DNA of 64,000 bases. Source: Patescibacteria group bacterium (lineage in GTDB: Bacteria > Patescibacteriota > Patescibacteriia > JACRDY01). Within the stretch, counting starts at the first letter, position 1, and every line of letters starts with the position of its first letter. Both the position numbers and the translations under genes were made by a program. The stretch spans positions 150,175-214,174 of the forward strand of contig JBAZFH010000001.1 of the NCBI GenBank assembly GCA_041653535.1, read 5' to 3'. Of the stretch, positions 9,901-20,084 are shown piece after piece. Under the pieces are notes generated by a model that was not told where the DNA came from, searched no databases, and was given only the letters and a program-made list of their open reading frames with translations.

Positions 9901-12900
9901 TTATTATACCTGGGAAGGCAGCGAGGCGACCGGTTATCAGTTAAAACTTTATACTCTCAAAGGCGATCCTACCGGCACTGCCGGATCGCGTTCGCCTTTT
10001 ACCATTACTGTTGTTGATCATCCGGTGGATTGTCAGGCTTATTACGGAAAACAGCCGGGAGATGAAAACTATGATGCTTTTATATCTGGAAACTGCAAAG
10101 AATTTTATGACCAAAAAGGACAGCTTTATTATCGGCTTTTAGCAGATACGGTTTTATGTACCAGCGACTGTCATCCTTATCGTTTGACTACGGTACAAAA
10201 CGGCGTTGATTTCTTTGATAAAGCTGACTGCGTCGCTTCCGGCGGATTGGTAACGCAATGTGAATATAACGGCGCTGACGGCGCTATCAACACCACTTCT
10301 TGTATTGCTCAGGGAGGTATTCACTACAACGGTATTTGCTACAATTTAAATAGCGCTAGTGCTTGTACTAGCGTGGGAGGTAATAGATTTGAAGATTATG
10401 CCAGCCAATGCCGATATTTGGCAACCGCCAGCGGCAGCGTTAAATGTTCCGCTCCTGGCTGTCAGGCGTATAAAGGTAATTTTGCCGGCAACAAACGTTT
10501 GGTTTTTGAGGACGGGTTTGACGGTGCGCAGGTAAATGACCAGTTGGTTGATAAATGGTCTGGCGGTATCGTTGTCAGTGAAGCTTATTCGGTTGGCTAT
10601 CATTCTTATCGTAATTTGGATTTAAGCAGCGCCGAGGTCACCCGTTCATTAGAAGTAAAAAATACTGACGGTAATGTAATTGATTATGAGGCAAGGCAGG
10701 GTCAGTTTTATACTCTGTCTTTTTGGGCAAAATCAATGCAGGAGAACAGTCAAATCAAAATATATCTTTCCGGAGTCATCGGTTCAGATCAAGAAAATGA
10801 TCCTTGGAGCTATTTTGACTACGGCAGTGATGATGCCGGTGCTGGTTATCAGGCGACTGTTTTTGGTAACGAGTGGCGTTATTACCAGCTTGGTCCGGTG
10901 TTTGTTGATTGGTCGGCGAACAACGCTAGTTTGGTTTTTGAAAAAATTAACAGTAATTTTTATATCGACAATGTTAAGCTGGAAGAGGTAAAAGATACGG
11001 CTTATTTGATTCGTAATAGCTGGAAAACCCCAACTGCCTGCGATCAAAATCACTCCGGGGCAGCCGCGCCGCAATATATGTTGGGCTGCAAAGCCTATCA
11101 GGACAGCAATAACGCTTTGCAATACTTCAAATCATTTACTCGTTTGTGTGAGCAATCGGTAATCGGCTGCGAGGCGGTGATTAAGACCTATAATTCTTCT
11201 TTGCCCTATCAACAGGTATTTAATCGTACTTGTTCTCTTGACGCCGCTTGTTCGCCGTGGGAAGGAGATACTAGCTGTCCTTGTTCGATTAGTCGCGACG
11301 GTGGTACGGTAGAGGTCTGTAAAGTAGCCTCCGGCGCAACCAATTGCCTTTATACTTATACTGAACCTTCGGCGATGATGACTTCTGGCGGCGCTGCCGA
11401 GGTGAATGTGGCGCACGATAAATTTATTTTTGTAGTCAATAAATCTCAGTATTCTTGTACTGCCGACGATCGTGGTTGCAGTGTCGTTGCTGAGCCGGAA
11501 GTCGGTCAAGACGATCAGTTGATTATGGATGGTAGTGGAATAAAGATTAAAGAAACAAAATATTTCCGTAACAATCCCGATAAATACGATACTGATCTTT
11601 GTACCGCCGATGCTTTTGGTTGCGACGAGTTTAGCGCGGCTGTCGAAGGGTTAAACCCGATTTATTTCAAAGATCCGCGAGACAAGCTGTGTGAGTACAA
11701 GCAGCATCCGACTTACGGTTCTTATGGTTGGTATAAAAAAGGCACAAATGAAGCGTGTCCGGAAAGTGCATATGAAATAGCCACAACCTGTCATTATGAC
11801 GCGATTCTCGGCGGTTGGAAGAAAAATCTGACAGATGATGAAGTTTGTGAGTACAAAAACTCGGCGTGGTATAACAAAGATACCGACACTCTTTGTGTTT
11901 ATAACACCACTACTCTGGCAACCAAGGTGGGAGATTGTGTTGCGCCGACTACCACTTTAGGTTGGGCAAAACAGTGTCCGAGCAAATACACCAGTTGTAC
12001 CAAATTTGTCGATCCGGTCGGTAGCTCCCAGCAAGACAATAATGTTTATTATTATTTGGATAATAATAATTTAAACCGTAATGAATGTTCTGCCGGTTCT
12101 TCTCAGCGAGAAGGTTGCGTGCTTTTCAATAATTACAACACAATTGACTGGAAATCAGCGGAAAAAAATCTTTCCTGGACGCCGCCGTTAAATAAAAGCG
12201 CGGCAGCTACTTATCAAAAAAGTGACGAGGAAGCTAATGGCAGAAAAGTGTCTCCGGTAAACTGCGCTAATGAAGCTACTGCTGGCAACGACTGGAAATA
12301 TTGCGGAGAAAACGAAGCCAACGATTTAATCAAGGTTCGTCGCGACCGTGTTTGCGCTGAATGGATTGATTGCGAAAGTACTTACGAAACTTTTGACAAT
12401 GAAACCGGTAAATTCGTGCCGATTTGTCTGAAAACCATGCCTTGCACTCAAAAAGACCCTGGAGAAGGCGAGTCCGGAGTTTTGAAATGTCGCAGTCAAG
12501 AAGCGATAAAACCGCAATACGGCGCCACGTTTATGCTTTGGGCTCCAGGTCAAAATTGTGGCAACGGATCTGTAAATACCGGTGAAGAATGCGATGATGG
12601 CAATAACACTGATGGTGATGGTTGTACTTCTGATTGTAAAAAAGAACCGGTAGTGTTTCGACCTTTGAGTAAATCCGAAGGTATGGCATCCGCGTACAGC
12701 GTTAACGGACCGCTTGATATTAACAAATATCTGAATCGTTCGCTTAAATGGGACGGCTATGAATATTCCGGTTATTCGATCGCTGATTTGCGTCCGGCTT
12801 GGTCGCTGCACCAAATCGCCAAAGGAACATGTAAAAACGATCCGAACAAGGTTTGCTATTTTAGCAAGGACTGCGGCGGCGCAGAATGCGTTTTCGGGTC

Positions 12901-15721
12901 TGATTATGAACTCGCGTATGTTGATATTGATATTAATGGTAATACTAATATTTATGGTGTTGACGCCGGAGGCGTTAAAATAAATAAAGAATGTCGAGGT
13001 TATCCTGATCAAGCCGCGCCTTTCCGCAAGGGTTTGGCAGACAATAGCGCTTTTAATAAAGCTAATCTATGTAGCATTACAGGAGACTGTGATTGTAGTT
13101 ATATTAAATGGGACGTGAATGATGCGGCGACCGCCTTTTTGCCGATTGATTATACTCCAAAAGAAGTTAATGGAGGCGTCTATGATCGGATTTGCACGCA
13201 AGCGGTAAAAGATGGTCCTAAAGTTGTTGGCGATCCGTGCCGGGTAGATAGTGACTGCATGTCTCCGGAGGACGAGCCGGATTATGTTAGCTCTGATTCT
13301 GGTACTTCCTATCTTCCTTATGTCGATCCGGTTAATGGTGGGCAGACAGCGCCGGCAACCCCCAGCCCGTATGATGTATGTAAAAGACCAACCAAAGAAC
13401 TAAAATATCTGGGCTGGAAGGGGTATTGTTTGGAAAAAATAAAAAATGTGGCAATTAACGGTGCGGCGAACGAACATCCTTGTTTAACCTGGATGCCGAT
13501 AGATCTGTTGCAGGGAGAGGCCGATTCGTACAGTAATATGCCGACAGCTGAGGCTGATATTGCTAATAATCAGCATTATTATTGTTTGGCAGCCGACGGT
13601 AATGCGCCATATGTCAAAAATATTATCAATAATTATGGCAGCAGTTATAGTAATCTAAAAAATTGTGCCACTGGCTATTCGAGTCCGGATTGTGCTTTTG
13701 CCTGGTACGGCACCGAAATAAGCGGAAATACTTTTTCTCCGACTAAAACTCTTCCCGAGGCAAGAATTGTTACCGATATAACGAATGGATCCAGTCTAAA
13801 AATAGAAGTGCAGCCAACCAGCGAACAAGGTTCAACCTTTATGGAGTGGCAGCCGACTGATACGCAGGCATTTAATAAAAACGACGTCAAAGCGATGTCT
13901 TTCGAGATAATAGATGCTGTTGAGAGCTGCCAGGATTCAACCACTAAATCTTGGCCGCAAGATATTTTGACCGGTGAACAAGGTACTGGCGGTTGTGTTG
14001 GAAGAAAAGTAGTATTTTTTAATGATATAAACGATCGCACTACTTTCTATCGTCAAAAGGCTGACGGAGTGAATTTATACGGACGAGGAGTCAGGGCAAG
14101 CGCGGCAATGACTTATAACTATCCTAATAAAATAATAAAGACTCAAAACGCATCTTTGGAATATTATTGGGATCAGCACGAGTCTACTCTTCCCGAGGAT
14201 CAAGAGCCGGAAATTTTGCCCAACAGGTCGTTTCATGTTTATCATTATGCCAAGTTTCAAACCGGTAATAACTATAGCGAGGTCTGGATTTACACAACTA
14301 GTATATTTAGGAACGATGCGGAGTGTCCCGGATGGAATATTTTTGATCCTCTTTTCAAGATCGGTTGTCACCACGGACCATCCGGACAAATACAAGTTTG
14401 GTGGGATAAAAACGGTTATTTAAGTCGAATCATATTGATTGCGGAAATACATGATAACAACGCTTATTATCAAGTGAAGCCATTAGTGTATTTCAAAGAA
14501 AACTGTCGTGAGCTGGTAAGAGTCACTCCTGACACTGCCCAGGCATCGTCGGTAAAAATGACATCTGTTTGGACTGATAGAATTTGGCAAGAATCAAAAG
14601 CTAATTTCAAAGTTAAAGATTTGAAATACGGTCTTAGCGGCAATCGTACCGAACCGTTTGGTCGTTCTTACTATACTTCGGGTATTATCCCCGCAGAACA
14701 GGAATACAATATCGAAGATGGTAATACAATAGATGCCGGTATGCCGTATGGCGGAGCGTTATCCACCGGCAATAAGGTGTCGTCTTATTGTTTGGGCGGC
14801 GGTTCGAAAAACGGAGATGTTTGTCTGACATCCGACGACTGCACTAATAGTAGTTGGATTGGTATTTGTATCGGTGCAAAACCGCGGGTAACCGGGGAAA
14901 ATTACGTCGAGGGCACGCTCGCTACCGCCAAGGATCGTTTATCTGATATTTTCGCGCGTTCATACGGTGTTTTCTATGAGCAGCGCGATAATGATCAGTT
15001 TGGTGAATGGATCGAGGGAAACAATAGTACAAATGGTTGGGATAAACGCAGGGAATACGGTCATGGTGACGCGCCGATAATTCGTGGCGTGTTGTTATCT
15101 GACACAGAACAGTCAAGCGGTAATTTTGCTATTATCGGCGACGGTGACGAAGGTAGCAGTGCCGATAACTGGATCAGTGTTAACTATTCTCAGAATTCCA
15201 ACCTGATATCCAGAGGTCAGTATTGGGCGTTTATCAATTTTTACGCTTATAACAAAAGCGGCGAGCATATGCCGCTACGACAGATTAAAGTTGATTGGAA
15301 GGGTAACGGCAGCGATATCTATGCTTTGAATGAAGACGATGCCATAGCTTATGCTAATTATAAACCGCATTGTGCTGGCGACTCTGATGCAGCGGATAAT
15401 TTTGGTGATGTTTTGGGCGTATCGTGTAAAGAAAACTTTTTCTCTTTTGAACATATTTATACTTATGATCCGACTGACTATACCACCTTTAAATCAAGCT
15501 GTACTGATGGTTCCGGTCAAAAATACATAGTCGACGATTCGGTTTTCGGCACTTATTCCGGTCCGTGCAATGTTTATAAGCCAAAAGCCCAGGTAACCGA
15601 CAACTGGGGAATTTGCGGTGATGGTTGCGGTAGCGGAGCGTGTTTGGATAGCGAATGTGCGCTCAATCATGGCTGGGCGGCTTATCCGAAAAATATTATA
15701 GTTTTACCGCCACAAAAATAA
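6956..15721 (+). CDS. giant secreted/surface protein (2,921 aa), Cys-rich with CxxCDDGNxxDGDGC-type repeat
   Basis: Uninterrupted 8.7-kb ORF. N-terminal signal peptide with AQD cleavage context. >100 Cys. Motif NCGNGSVNTGEECDDGNNTDGDGCTSDCK. Opposite-strand ORFs inside it are short. Confidence 0.75.
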   Translation: MQKKANKVIISLLLAIFCLFLFLPWHSILAQDLGGGEVVYGPENNPNPITPATPAGAAVMVTDIINNTAANIKEVITSIRQKIVQELEASLKFSLVSSLDQMSRMFAHEVALKVAQGRDGLRSFKDARTWEQIWTDTWQSGAGEFIGTFSEDFFGDSSILCNPNPYVRFFITISLFETEVPTPKCDWREIQEAYTGLAEQSPKEWLSRLQSSFEPNQSDAGAFLIALDELEKEKNKKIEANFTPLSVDFSGRYLDNTNAGKFLTESRKDLEWFVQTSFVDMPRDIAVGKSLTAITVGSILAPAIQQFSQTYISEVMKTALKDLWGLKDPCDIKDKKGQAVISWCDDDGAHEQGPPGGTGTGYAGSYNQTEQEAQNTLSSLLVTKVRLGGEYDIVSELAACPNQYPNLNNCTINQGFADAIFQEMTLQSAVDQGLVDGNWAFGYSSPQTGLEPGPDDGISQSNIKKLRKYRIVPTGWELAANLIKQISEEQKSNNTKSLRSLMEDFYKTGPNKICDGFADDGSLVDSEESPFCGLVDPEWVLKAPQQKCTALAYGPIHITGGMRQEDCANTVDCILENDDGSCRSWGQCTRERNIWWFDGDSCPAQYDSCQEFARTSDSQKFSYLKNSLQYTQCNSANAGCKWYAVQKDGDNWQKSSGIYFDRDVEECNESNAGCNAVIRSYSGSGTNLVVNGSFSDYYIANDGDEKNYHFYDWTYNGSGKLVPEEGDVASKGSVIIPAGGRIEQSVDAGYYLGGRTFIMAFDGQNCGSNTAIQFAAVNTTLGAIAADADLTQWNSYSITYTFPANTSAHVMDFKFLSVSDSCHFDNIQIEEGKISSGYREYGNNNIAYLKIAPEYLNCDGSATEPGECDNYAPTCSADDVGCQNYTDLSDSTVIPGVVTDEDYCPAECADYKTYKQTASNFFKEKFPVYFIASTATSCSAKQSGCEEFTNLDNLAAGGEQREDYSFLRRCQKPAPFSGDCESYYTWEGSEATGYQLKLYTLKGDPTGTAGSRSPFTITVVDHPVDCQAYYGKQPGDENYDAFISGNCKEFYDQKGQLYYRLLADTVLCTSDCHPYRLTTVQNGVDFFDKADCVASGGLVTQCEYNGADGAINTTSCIAQGGIHYNGICYNLNSASACTSVGGNRFEDYASQCRYLATASGSVKCSAPGCQAYKGNFAGNKRLVFEDGFDGAQVNDQLVDKWSGGIVVSEAYSVGYHSYRNLDLSSAEVTRSLEVKNTDGNVIDYEARQGQFYTLSFWAKSMQENSQIKIYLSGVIGSDQENDPWSYFDYGSDDAGAGYQATVFGNEWRYYQLGPVFVDWSANNASLVFEKINSNFYIDNVKLEEVKDTAYLIRNSWKTPTACDQNHSGAAAPQYMLGCKAYQDSNNALQYFKSFTRLCEQSVIGCEAVIKTYNSSLPYQQVFNRTCSLDAACSPWEGDTSCPCSISRDGGTVEVCKVASGATNCLYTYTEPSAMMTSGGAAEVNVAHDKFIFVVNKSQYSCTADDRGCSVVAEPEVGQDDQLIMDGSGIKIKETKYFRNNPDKYDTDLCTADAFGCDEFSAAVEGLNPIYFKDPRDKLCEYKQHPTYGSYGWYKKGTNEACPESAYEIATTCHYDAILGGWKKNLTDDEVCEYKNSAWYNKDTDTLCVYNTTTLATKVGDCVAPTTTLGWAKQCPSKYTSCTKFVDPVGSSQQDNNVYYYLDNNNLNRNECSAGSSQREGCVLFNNYNTIDWKSAEKNLSWTPPLNKSAAATYQKSDEEANGRKVSPVNCANEATAGNDWKYCGENEANDLIKVRRDRVCAEWIDCESTYETFDNETGKFVPICLKTMPCTQKDPGEGESGVLKCRSQEAIKPQYGATFMLWAPGQNCGNGSVNTGEECDDGNNTDGDGCTSDCKKEPVVFRPLSKSEGMASAYSVNGPLDINKYLNRSLKWDGYEYSGYSIADLRPAWSLHQIAKGTCKNDPNKVCYFSKDCGGAECVFGSDYELAYVDIDINGNTNIYGVDAGGVKINKECRGYPDQAAPFRKGLADNSAFNKANLCSITGDCDCSYIKWDVNDAATAFLPIDYTPKEVNGGVYDRICTQAVKDGPKVVGDPCRVDSDCMSPEDEPDYVSSDSGTSYLPYVDPVNGGQTAPATPSPYDVCKRPTKELKYLGWKGYCLEKIKNVAINGAANEHPCLTWMPIDLLQGEADSYSNMPTAEADIANNQHYYCLAADGNAPYVKNIINNYGSSYSNLKNCATGYSSPDCAFAWYGTEISGNTFSPTKTLPEARIVTDITNGSSLKIEVQPTSEQGSTFMEWQPTDTQAFNKNDVKAMSFEIIDAVESCQDSTTKSWPQDILTGEQGTGGCVGRKVVFFNDINDRTTFYRQKADGVNLYGRGVRASAAMTYNYPNKIIKTQNASLEYYWDQHESTLPEDQEPEILPNRSFHVYHYAKFQTGNNYSEVWIYTTSIFRNDAECPGWNIFDPLFKIGCHHGPSGQIQVWWDKNGYLSRIILIAEIHDNNAYYQVKPLVYFKENCRELVRVTPDTAQASSVKMTSVWTDRIWQESKANFKVKDLKYGLSGNRTEPFGRSYYTSGIIPAEQEYNIEDGNTIDAGMPYGGALSTGNKVSSYCLGGGSKNGDVCLTSDDCTNSSWIGICIGAKPRVTGENYVEGTLATAKDRLSDIFARSYGVFYEQRDNDQFGEWIEGNNSTNGWDKRREYGHGDAPIIRGVLLSDTEQSSGNFAIIGDGDEGSSADNWISVNYSQNSNLISRGQYWAFINFYAYNKSGEHMPLRQIKVDWKGNGSDIYALNEDDAIAYANYKPHCAGDSDAADNFGDVLGVSCKENFFSFEHIYTYDPTDYTTFKSSCTDGSGQKYIVDDSVFGTYSGPCNVYKPKAQVTDNWGICGDGCGSGACLDSECALNHGWAAYPKNIIVLPPQK

Positions 15722-15746
15722 CTAAAAACCTTTAGTCAAAAATATC

Positions 15747-18605
15747 ATGACGCAATGGTTTAAAAAGAAAATTTTGCAAAAAAGAACAACGACCGCGGTG
15801 GTTACGGTTTTGATTTTAGTTGTTATTTTTTTGGTCTTGCCGCAAGTAACTCACGCCTCTTCAATATCGGAAACAATGTCTGAACTAATGGCATCCATTG
15901 TTAACGGTTTGGGTAAACTCTGTGTGATGATAATTGATGCCGTGGTTTATATCGCTTCTTATGATTCTTTTGTTATTTCCGCGCCAGTGATATACGGCTG
16001 GGTGATTATTCGTGACATTTGTAACATGTTTTTTATTTTGATTTTGTTGATCATCGCTTTAGCGACCATATTACGTCGCGATAGTTATAATTATAAATCA
16101 TTACTGCCAAAAGTGTTGATTTTGGCGTTATTAATCAATTTTTCCAAAACCATTTGTGGCTTTGCTGTTGATATTGCCCAGATAGTGATGTTGACGTTTG
16201 TTAACGGTTTCAAAGACATGGGTCCGGGTAATCTGATGAAAATGGCGGGAGTGGACAGGATGTTGTCTTTTAGTTCTACGGCGGTTCAGGTCAAATCCGA
16301 AAGTGGATCAAGTGCAACGGCTGATATTAGCGATAGTACTTTCGCTATTTATTTTTATGCCGTATTGTACCTGCTGACTTTATTGGCGGTGCTTTTAGTG
16401 ATGGCAGTGATATTGATTTTCCGCATCGTAATACTTTGGTTTTTGATTGTTATTTCGCCGATATTTTTTCTATTACTATCCTTTCCTCATGGAGAAAGCT
16501 ATGCCAAAGAATGGTCTAACGAGTTTGTTAAAGCGTTAATAGTCGGTCCGGTGTTGGCTTTTTTTATCTGGTTATCAATGGCAAGCATGGGTTATATGGT
16601 AAGCGCTGCCGGTGATGGCGGTGACGCTTTATCGGTTGATTCAACTTCTGATAGCACAATAGAGGCGACGCTTTCGGCTGGCGATGGAGCTTCGGGAACG
16701 CCCGGGTTTTTTACCAATTTTTGCGTCGCGACAATCATGCTGATAGCGGGTGTAATACAGGCGCAACAAATCGGCGGTGCGGGCGGTGCGGCAGCGTTTC
16801 GTGCTGTCGGCAAGGCGAAAGCTTTGGGTTTGAAGACTGCTAAAGCTGGAATTGGTCTTACTAAAAGTGCGGTCGGAGTCGGTTGGCAGGCAACTAAAAT
16901 TGGTGCCGGTGCGGCCGCTTTATACGGATATTCGAAAACCGGTTATGATCTTTCTCAATTTACTCCAAGTAAATTAAAAGAAAGGGCAAGCGAGGCCTTG
17001 GAGGGCGCGCGTGAAAGGCTGGAGGGTAGAGGAGCTAAAGAACGGGATCGCAGAGCAGCACAAAACCTTTCAGAAGGAAAGTCTCGCATTGAGGCATGGA
17101 AAGATCCGGCAGGAACATTTGCTCGGCAGATTGCGACTAACGGTTTTTGGTCCGGTACAAAAGGGGCTGTAAAAGATATTTTTGTCGCTAAACGCAGTGC
17201 CGCAAAAATTCAGAAAGACATTGATGATGCTAATGATCAGAAAAAACAATACCAAGATGTTTCCAATAAAAGAAATGATATCAATAATGTTCAAAGCCAA
17301 AGGGAAGCCGTGAGGAGTCAGCTAGCTGATATTGATGAAAAAATCAAGAGCGGTGCATTGTCTGCCGATAAGGCGCTGGAAGCTAAGAAGCAAAAAATGG
17401 ACCTTATTTTACGTAACGGTGATTTAGAGAAAGAAGAAACTAAATTGAAAGCAGAAGAGGCATCATTACTCAGCGGTTTGAATATTAATAAAGAAATTGA
17501 TGTGATGGAGCAGCAGTTGGATGGTTTGGAGAAAGGTTATGGTATATCGGCAAATAATGATAGAAGAGCTAAACAAGCGCAAGATGCCGTTAAAACTAAA
17601 GCCGAAGCTGAAGCTCGGGGTGATAGTGCCGCTGCCGCTGCCGCTCAAACTTTTCTTGATAAAATTTCTGATTATGAAGAAACCAAAAAGACCGTTGATA
17701 GTAGAGCGGCGCTACTTGGTCAGCGCGGCGTTTTGGGTAACATCAGCAGTCTTAATCAAAAAACTAATTCTTTGAGTAAAGAGGCGGCAACGATTAAAAC
17801 CCCGTCAGAATATACTCGTGCTCGAAGAGAAGCGGTGCAAAAGTCAGTAGAAAATTTGCCAGATGATCTGAACGATGTTGACGTGATTAAACAAGCGGTA
17901 GCCGATGCTATTGGTGATCATGATGGCAGCGCTTTGGAAATTTTACTCAATAAAGCGATGCAAAACGGGCAAATGGACGATGTTTTGATGAATCAGGGAT
18001 TTAGTGCTGATGACCAAGGATTAAAAGCGCTTCGTGATAAATATATGACGGTTTCCAAAGATCAGGGTGGTATGGGTATGAAATCGGCCGAAGCTAATAG
18101 AATCATTGGCGAATTGGAACGCCTTGCTTGGACAAAGGATCACGATCATTATGCTGCTGGCGTGGTGAACGAAGCAGGATATTATAGAGACAGAACCAAG
18201 GAAGAACAAATGGCTATACGCACGCAGAAGTCAGAAAAAGGCATGGGTAAAAGTGTTAATTTTTGGCGCCAAAGCAACGGTTCCGAGCTGGGTCATTCGC
18301 GCGCCGACGGTAGTTTTGAGGCGGACACCGCTGGTTATGCTATTGTGGCTAAAAATTTCAAAACTTTAGCTCAAGCAGTTATAGCCGGAACAGCCAGCTC
18401 TCAGATGATGGGAAAACTAAAATCAATGGTTGACGGAATACAGTCTTTGGTAAGACAGGGTGTTATTGATCATAAAGATTCATCAAGGGTTGTTGAGATA
18501 ATCAGAGAATCCAGAGTTCCTGCTTCTGGTCAAAAGTCGGTGATAAAACTTTCCAGAGAGTTTAATGATTCGATAGAGAAAGCTTTAAATAAGGGAAGAA
18601 AATAA
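15747..18605 (+). CDS. VirB6/TrbL-like polytopic membrane protein with long C-terminal coiled-coil extension
   Basis: Signal/TM at the N-terminus, then ~6 TM helices in the first 330 aa. A Gly-rich linker follows, then ~550 aa of K/E/A/D-rich coiled-coil. It sits where PrgH/VirB6 sits in Gram-positive T4SS operons. Confidence 0.5.
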   Translation: MTQWFKKKILQKRTTTAVVTVLILVVIFLVLPQVTHASSISETMSELMASIVNGLGKLCVMIIDAVVYIASYDSFVISAPVIYGWVIIRDICNMFFILILLIIALATILRRDSYNYKSLLPKVLILALLINFSKTICGFAVDIAQIVMLTFVNGFKDMGPGNLMKMAGVDRMLSFSSTAVQVKSESGSSATADISDSTFAIYFYAVLYLLTLLAVLLVMAVILIFRIVILWFLIVISPIFFLLLSFPHGESYAKEWSNEFVKALIVGPVLAFFIWLSMASMGYMVSAAGDGGDALSVDSTSDSTIEATLSAGDGASGTPGFFTNFCVATIMLIAGVIQAQQIGGAGGAAAFRAVGKAKALGLKTAKAGIGLTKSAVGVGWQATKIGAGAAALYGYSKTGYDLSQFTPSKLKERASEALEGARERLEGRGAKERDRRAAQNLSEGKSRIEAWKDPAGTFARQIATNGFWSGTKGAVKDIFVAKRSAAKIQKDIDDANDQKKQYQDVSNKRNDINNVQSQREAVRSQLADIDEKIKSGALSADKALEAKKQKMDLILRNGDLEKEETKLKAEEASLLSGLNINKEIDVMEQQLDGLEKGYGISANNDRRAKQAQDAVKTKAEAEARGDSAAAAAAQTFLDKISDYEETKKTVDSRAALLGQRGVLGNISSLNQKTNSLSKEAATIKTPSEYTRARREAVQKSVENLPDDLNDVDVIKQAVADAIGDHDGSALEILLNKAMQNGQMDDVLMNQGFSADDQGLKALRDKYMTVSKDQGGMGMKSAEANRIIGELERLAWTKDHDHYAAGVVNEAGYYRDRTKEEQMAIRTQKSEKGMGKSVNFWRQSNGSELGHSRADGSFEADTAGYAIVAKNFKTLAQAVIAGTASSQMMGKLKSMVDGIQSLVRQGVIDHKDSSRVVEIIRESRVPASGQKSVIKLSREFNDSIEKALNKGRK

Positions 18606-18622
18606 GATTAAAATAAAAAATC

Positions 18623-19975
18623 ATGACAGATTTTAGCTTAACAGATTATCAAATATTGGAACAATTCCGTCGCGAGACAGACGAGATTTTAGTTACCAAT
18701 AATTTACGCGATGCGGTTAATTGCCTTACCACACTGCAAAAGACTATGGCTTATGACACAAAAATAAAGGATTACCCTGACATACTGGTTGAATATAATA
18801 AAATATTGAATAAACTGCGTTTAGTTGCTTTTGCTTCACTGGACTGGAACGAAGCTTTGTCTTTTTTGAAGAATAATTTTTTGGTTGCCCTGGAAAACAA
18901 GGAATTTATTGATCTAACCGATAAAATACGCAGCAAACTTGTTACTGTTCCGACGTTAGAGGAGAGAGATAACTATCGGATGCGTTTGCGTCGGGCGCTG
19001 ACACAAAACGGGGAAAGAATTACCTTTAAACCGTTAAAAGTAGGTGATCAGACTCAAGATCCGACAGTCGCCAACTGGCTCAAATTGTATTTGGGATCAT
19101 TGGGAGTTGAGTTGGTTAATCGCGTGACTTATCAGGGTTGGTTGTCACAAGAACAAAATATTCAGCAGTTAACGGAAGAAGAAAAGGAGAGAATAAAATA
19201 TCTTTTTGAAGTATATGAAGAATTAAAACTATCTTCCGTTTCAGTCGAAGGCTGCGAAGAAACTTTTGTTATCGATGAAGATACTGACACTCCTTTGGTG
19301 CTTTATCGCGGTAAAATAGAATCGGCTCTGCCACCGCAAGAAGACATTGATTTACTGAAAAAAATCGAAGCTGTTTTAAGCGGCAAACCAGTATCATTAT
19401 CCGCCCCAACAGGCGCGCCGTCACAGCCAGCCGTTATCTCGGCACCGATACCAGCAGTAGCAAAACCGGCAACGTCAGCTATTGATCGTGATGAGATAAT
19501 CCGTAAATATGAAGGTGATGTTAAAGAAAACAGAAGTATTGAAGACAGGATGACTCAATTTACCAAGACAACTGGCGGTAAGCAAAGAGAACTGGCAAAT
19601 AGTTTGAATTTGCTTTTGACCGGTGCTGCGCCAGATAAACTAGATATTATCGCTATCCTTTATATTTTAGCGAAAAAAAATGCGATGGAAGATTTGATTA
19701 AAGATGATGATCGTTTTTACAAGCTGGTTGAACAGGATCTGACCAGACGAGGCGGTAAACAACAACTTAATGATTTTAAGATGTATCCGACAGCACCCCA
19801 ATCTATTCGATATTTTCTTGAAGTTTTATTGCAGCACAAACTAAGGCTGTCAGAGGGTGAAGCGGCAAAGTGGGGGTTGCATATTGTTAATATTTTGAAA
19901 AAATCCGGCAATGAAAAATACGGAAAAATCGCTTATTTTGATTTGGAAGCAGGAGATTTTCGTTGGCAAAAATAG
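18623..19975 (+). CDS. hypothetical protein (T4SS-cluster associated)
   Basis: 450-aa soluble ORF in operon context with 4-17 nt spacing. No recognisable motifs. Confidence 0.5.
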   Translation: MTDFSLTDYQILEQFRRETDEILVTNNLRDAVNCLTTLQKTMAYDTKIKDYPDILVEYNKILNKLRLVAFASLDWNEALSFLKNNFLVALENKEFIDLTDKIRSKLVTVPTLEERDNYRMRLRRALTQNGERITFKPLKVGDQTQDPTVANWLKLYLGSLGVELVNRVTYQGWLSQEQNIQQLTEEEKERIKYLFEVYEELKLSSVSVEGCEETFVIDEDTDTPLVLYRGKIESALPPQEDIDLLKKIEAVLSGKPVSLSAPTGAPSQPAVISAPIPAVAKPATSAIDRDEIIRKYEGDVKENRSIEDRMTQFTKTTGGKQRELANSLNLLLTGAAPDKLDIIAILYILAKKNAMEDLIKDDDRFYKLVEQDLTRRGGKQQLNDFKMYPTAPQSIRYFLEVLLQHKLRLSEGEAAKWGLHIVNILKKSGNEKYGKIAYFDLEAGDFRWQK

Positions 19976-20084
19976 GTTTGCAGTGTTAGATCGTGAAAAC
20001 GACGGAGTAAATGGCGCAAAAAGGCATTATTATTACCCTTGCTTTTTTTGCTCTTGCGCTCTTGTCTTTTAAAAACAAGCTATT

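Noticed and set aside
7296-15116. Multiple 60-228-aa ORFs on both strands inside the giant gene (e.g. 12326..13012 -, 8531..8893 -)
   Set aside because: They lie antisense or out of frame within a continuous 8.7-kb ORF that has coherent composition. They have low-complexity translations and no starts with plausible context, so they are shadow ORFs.
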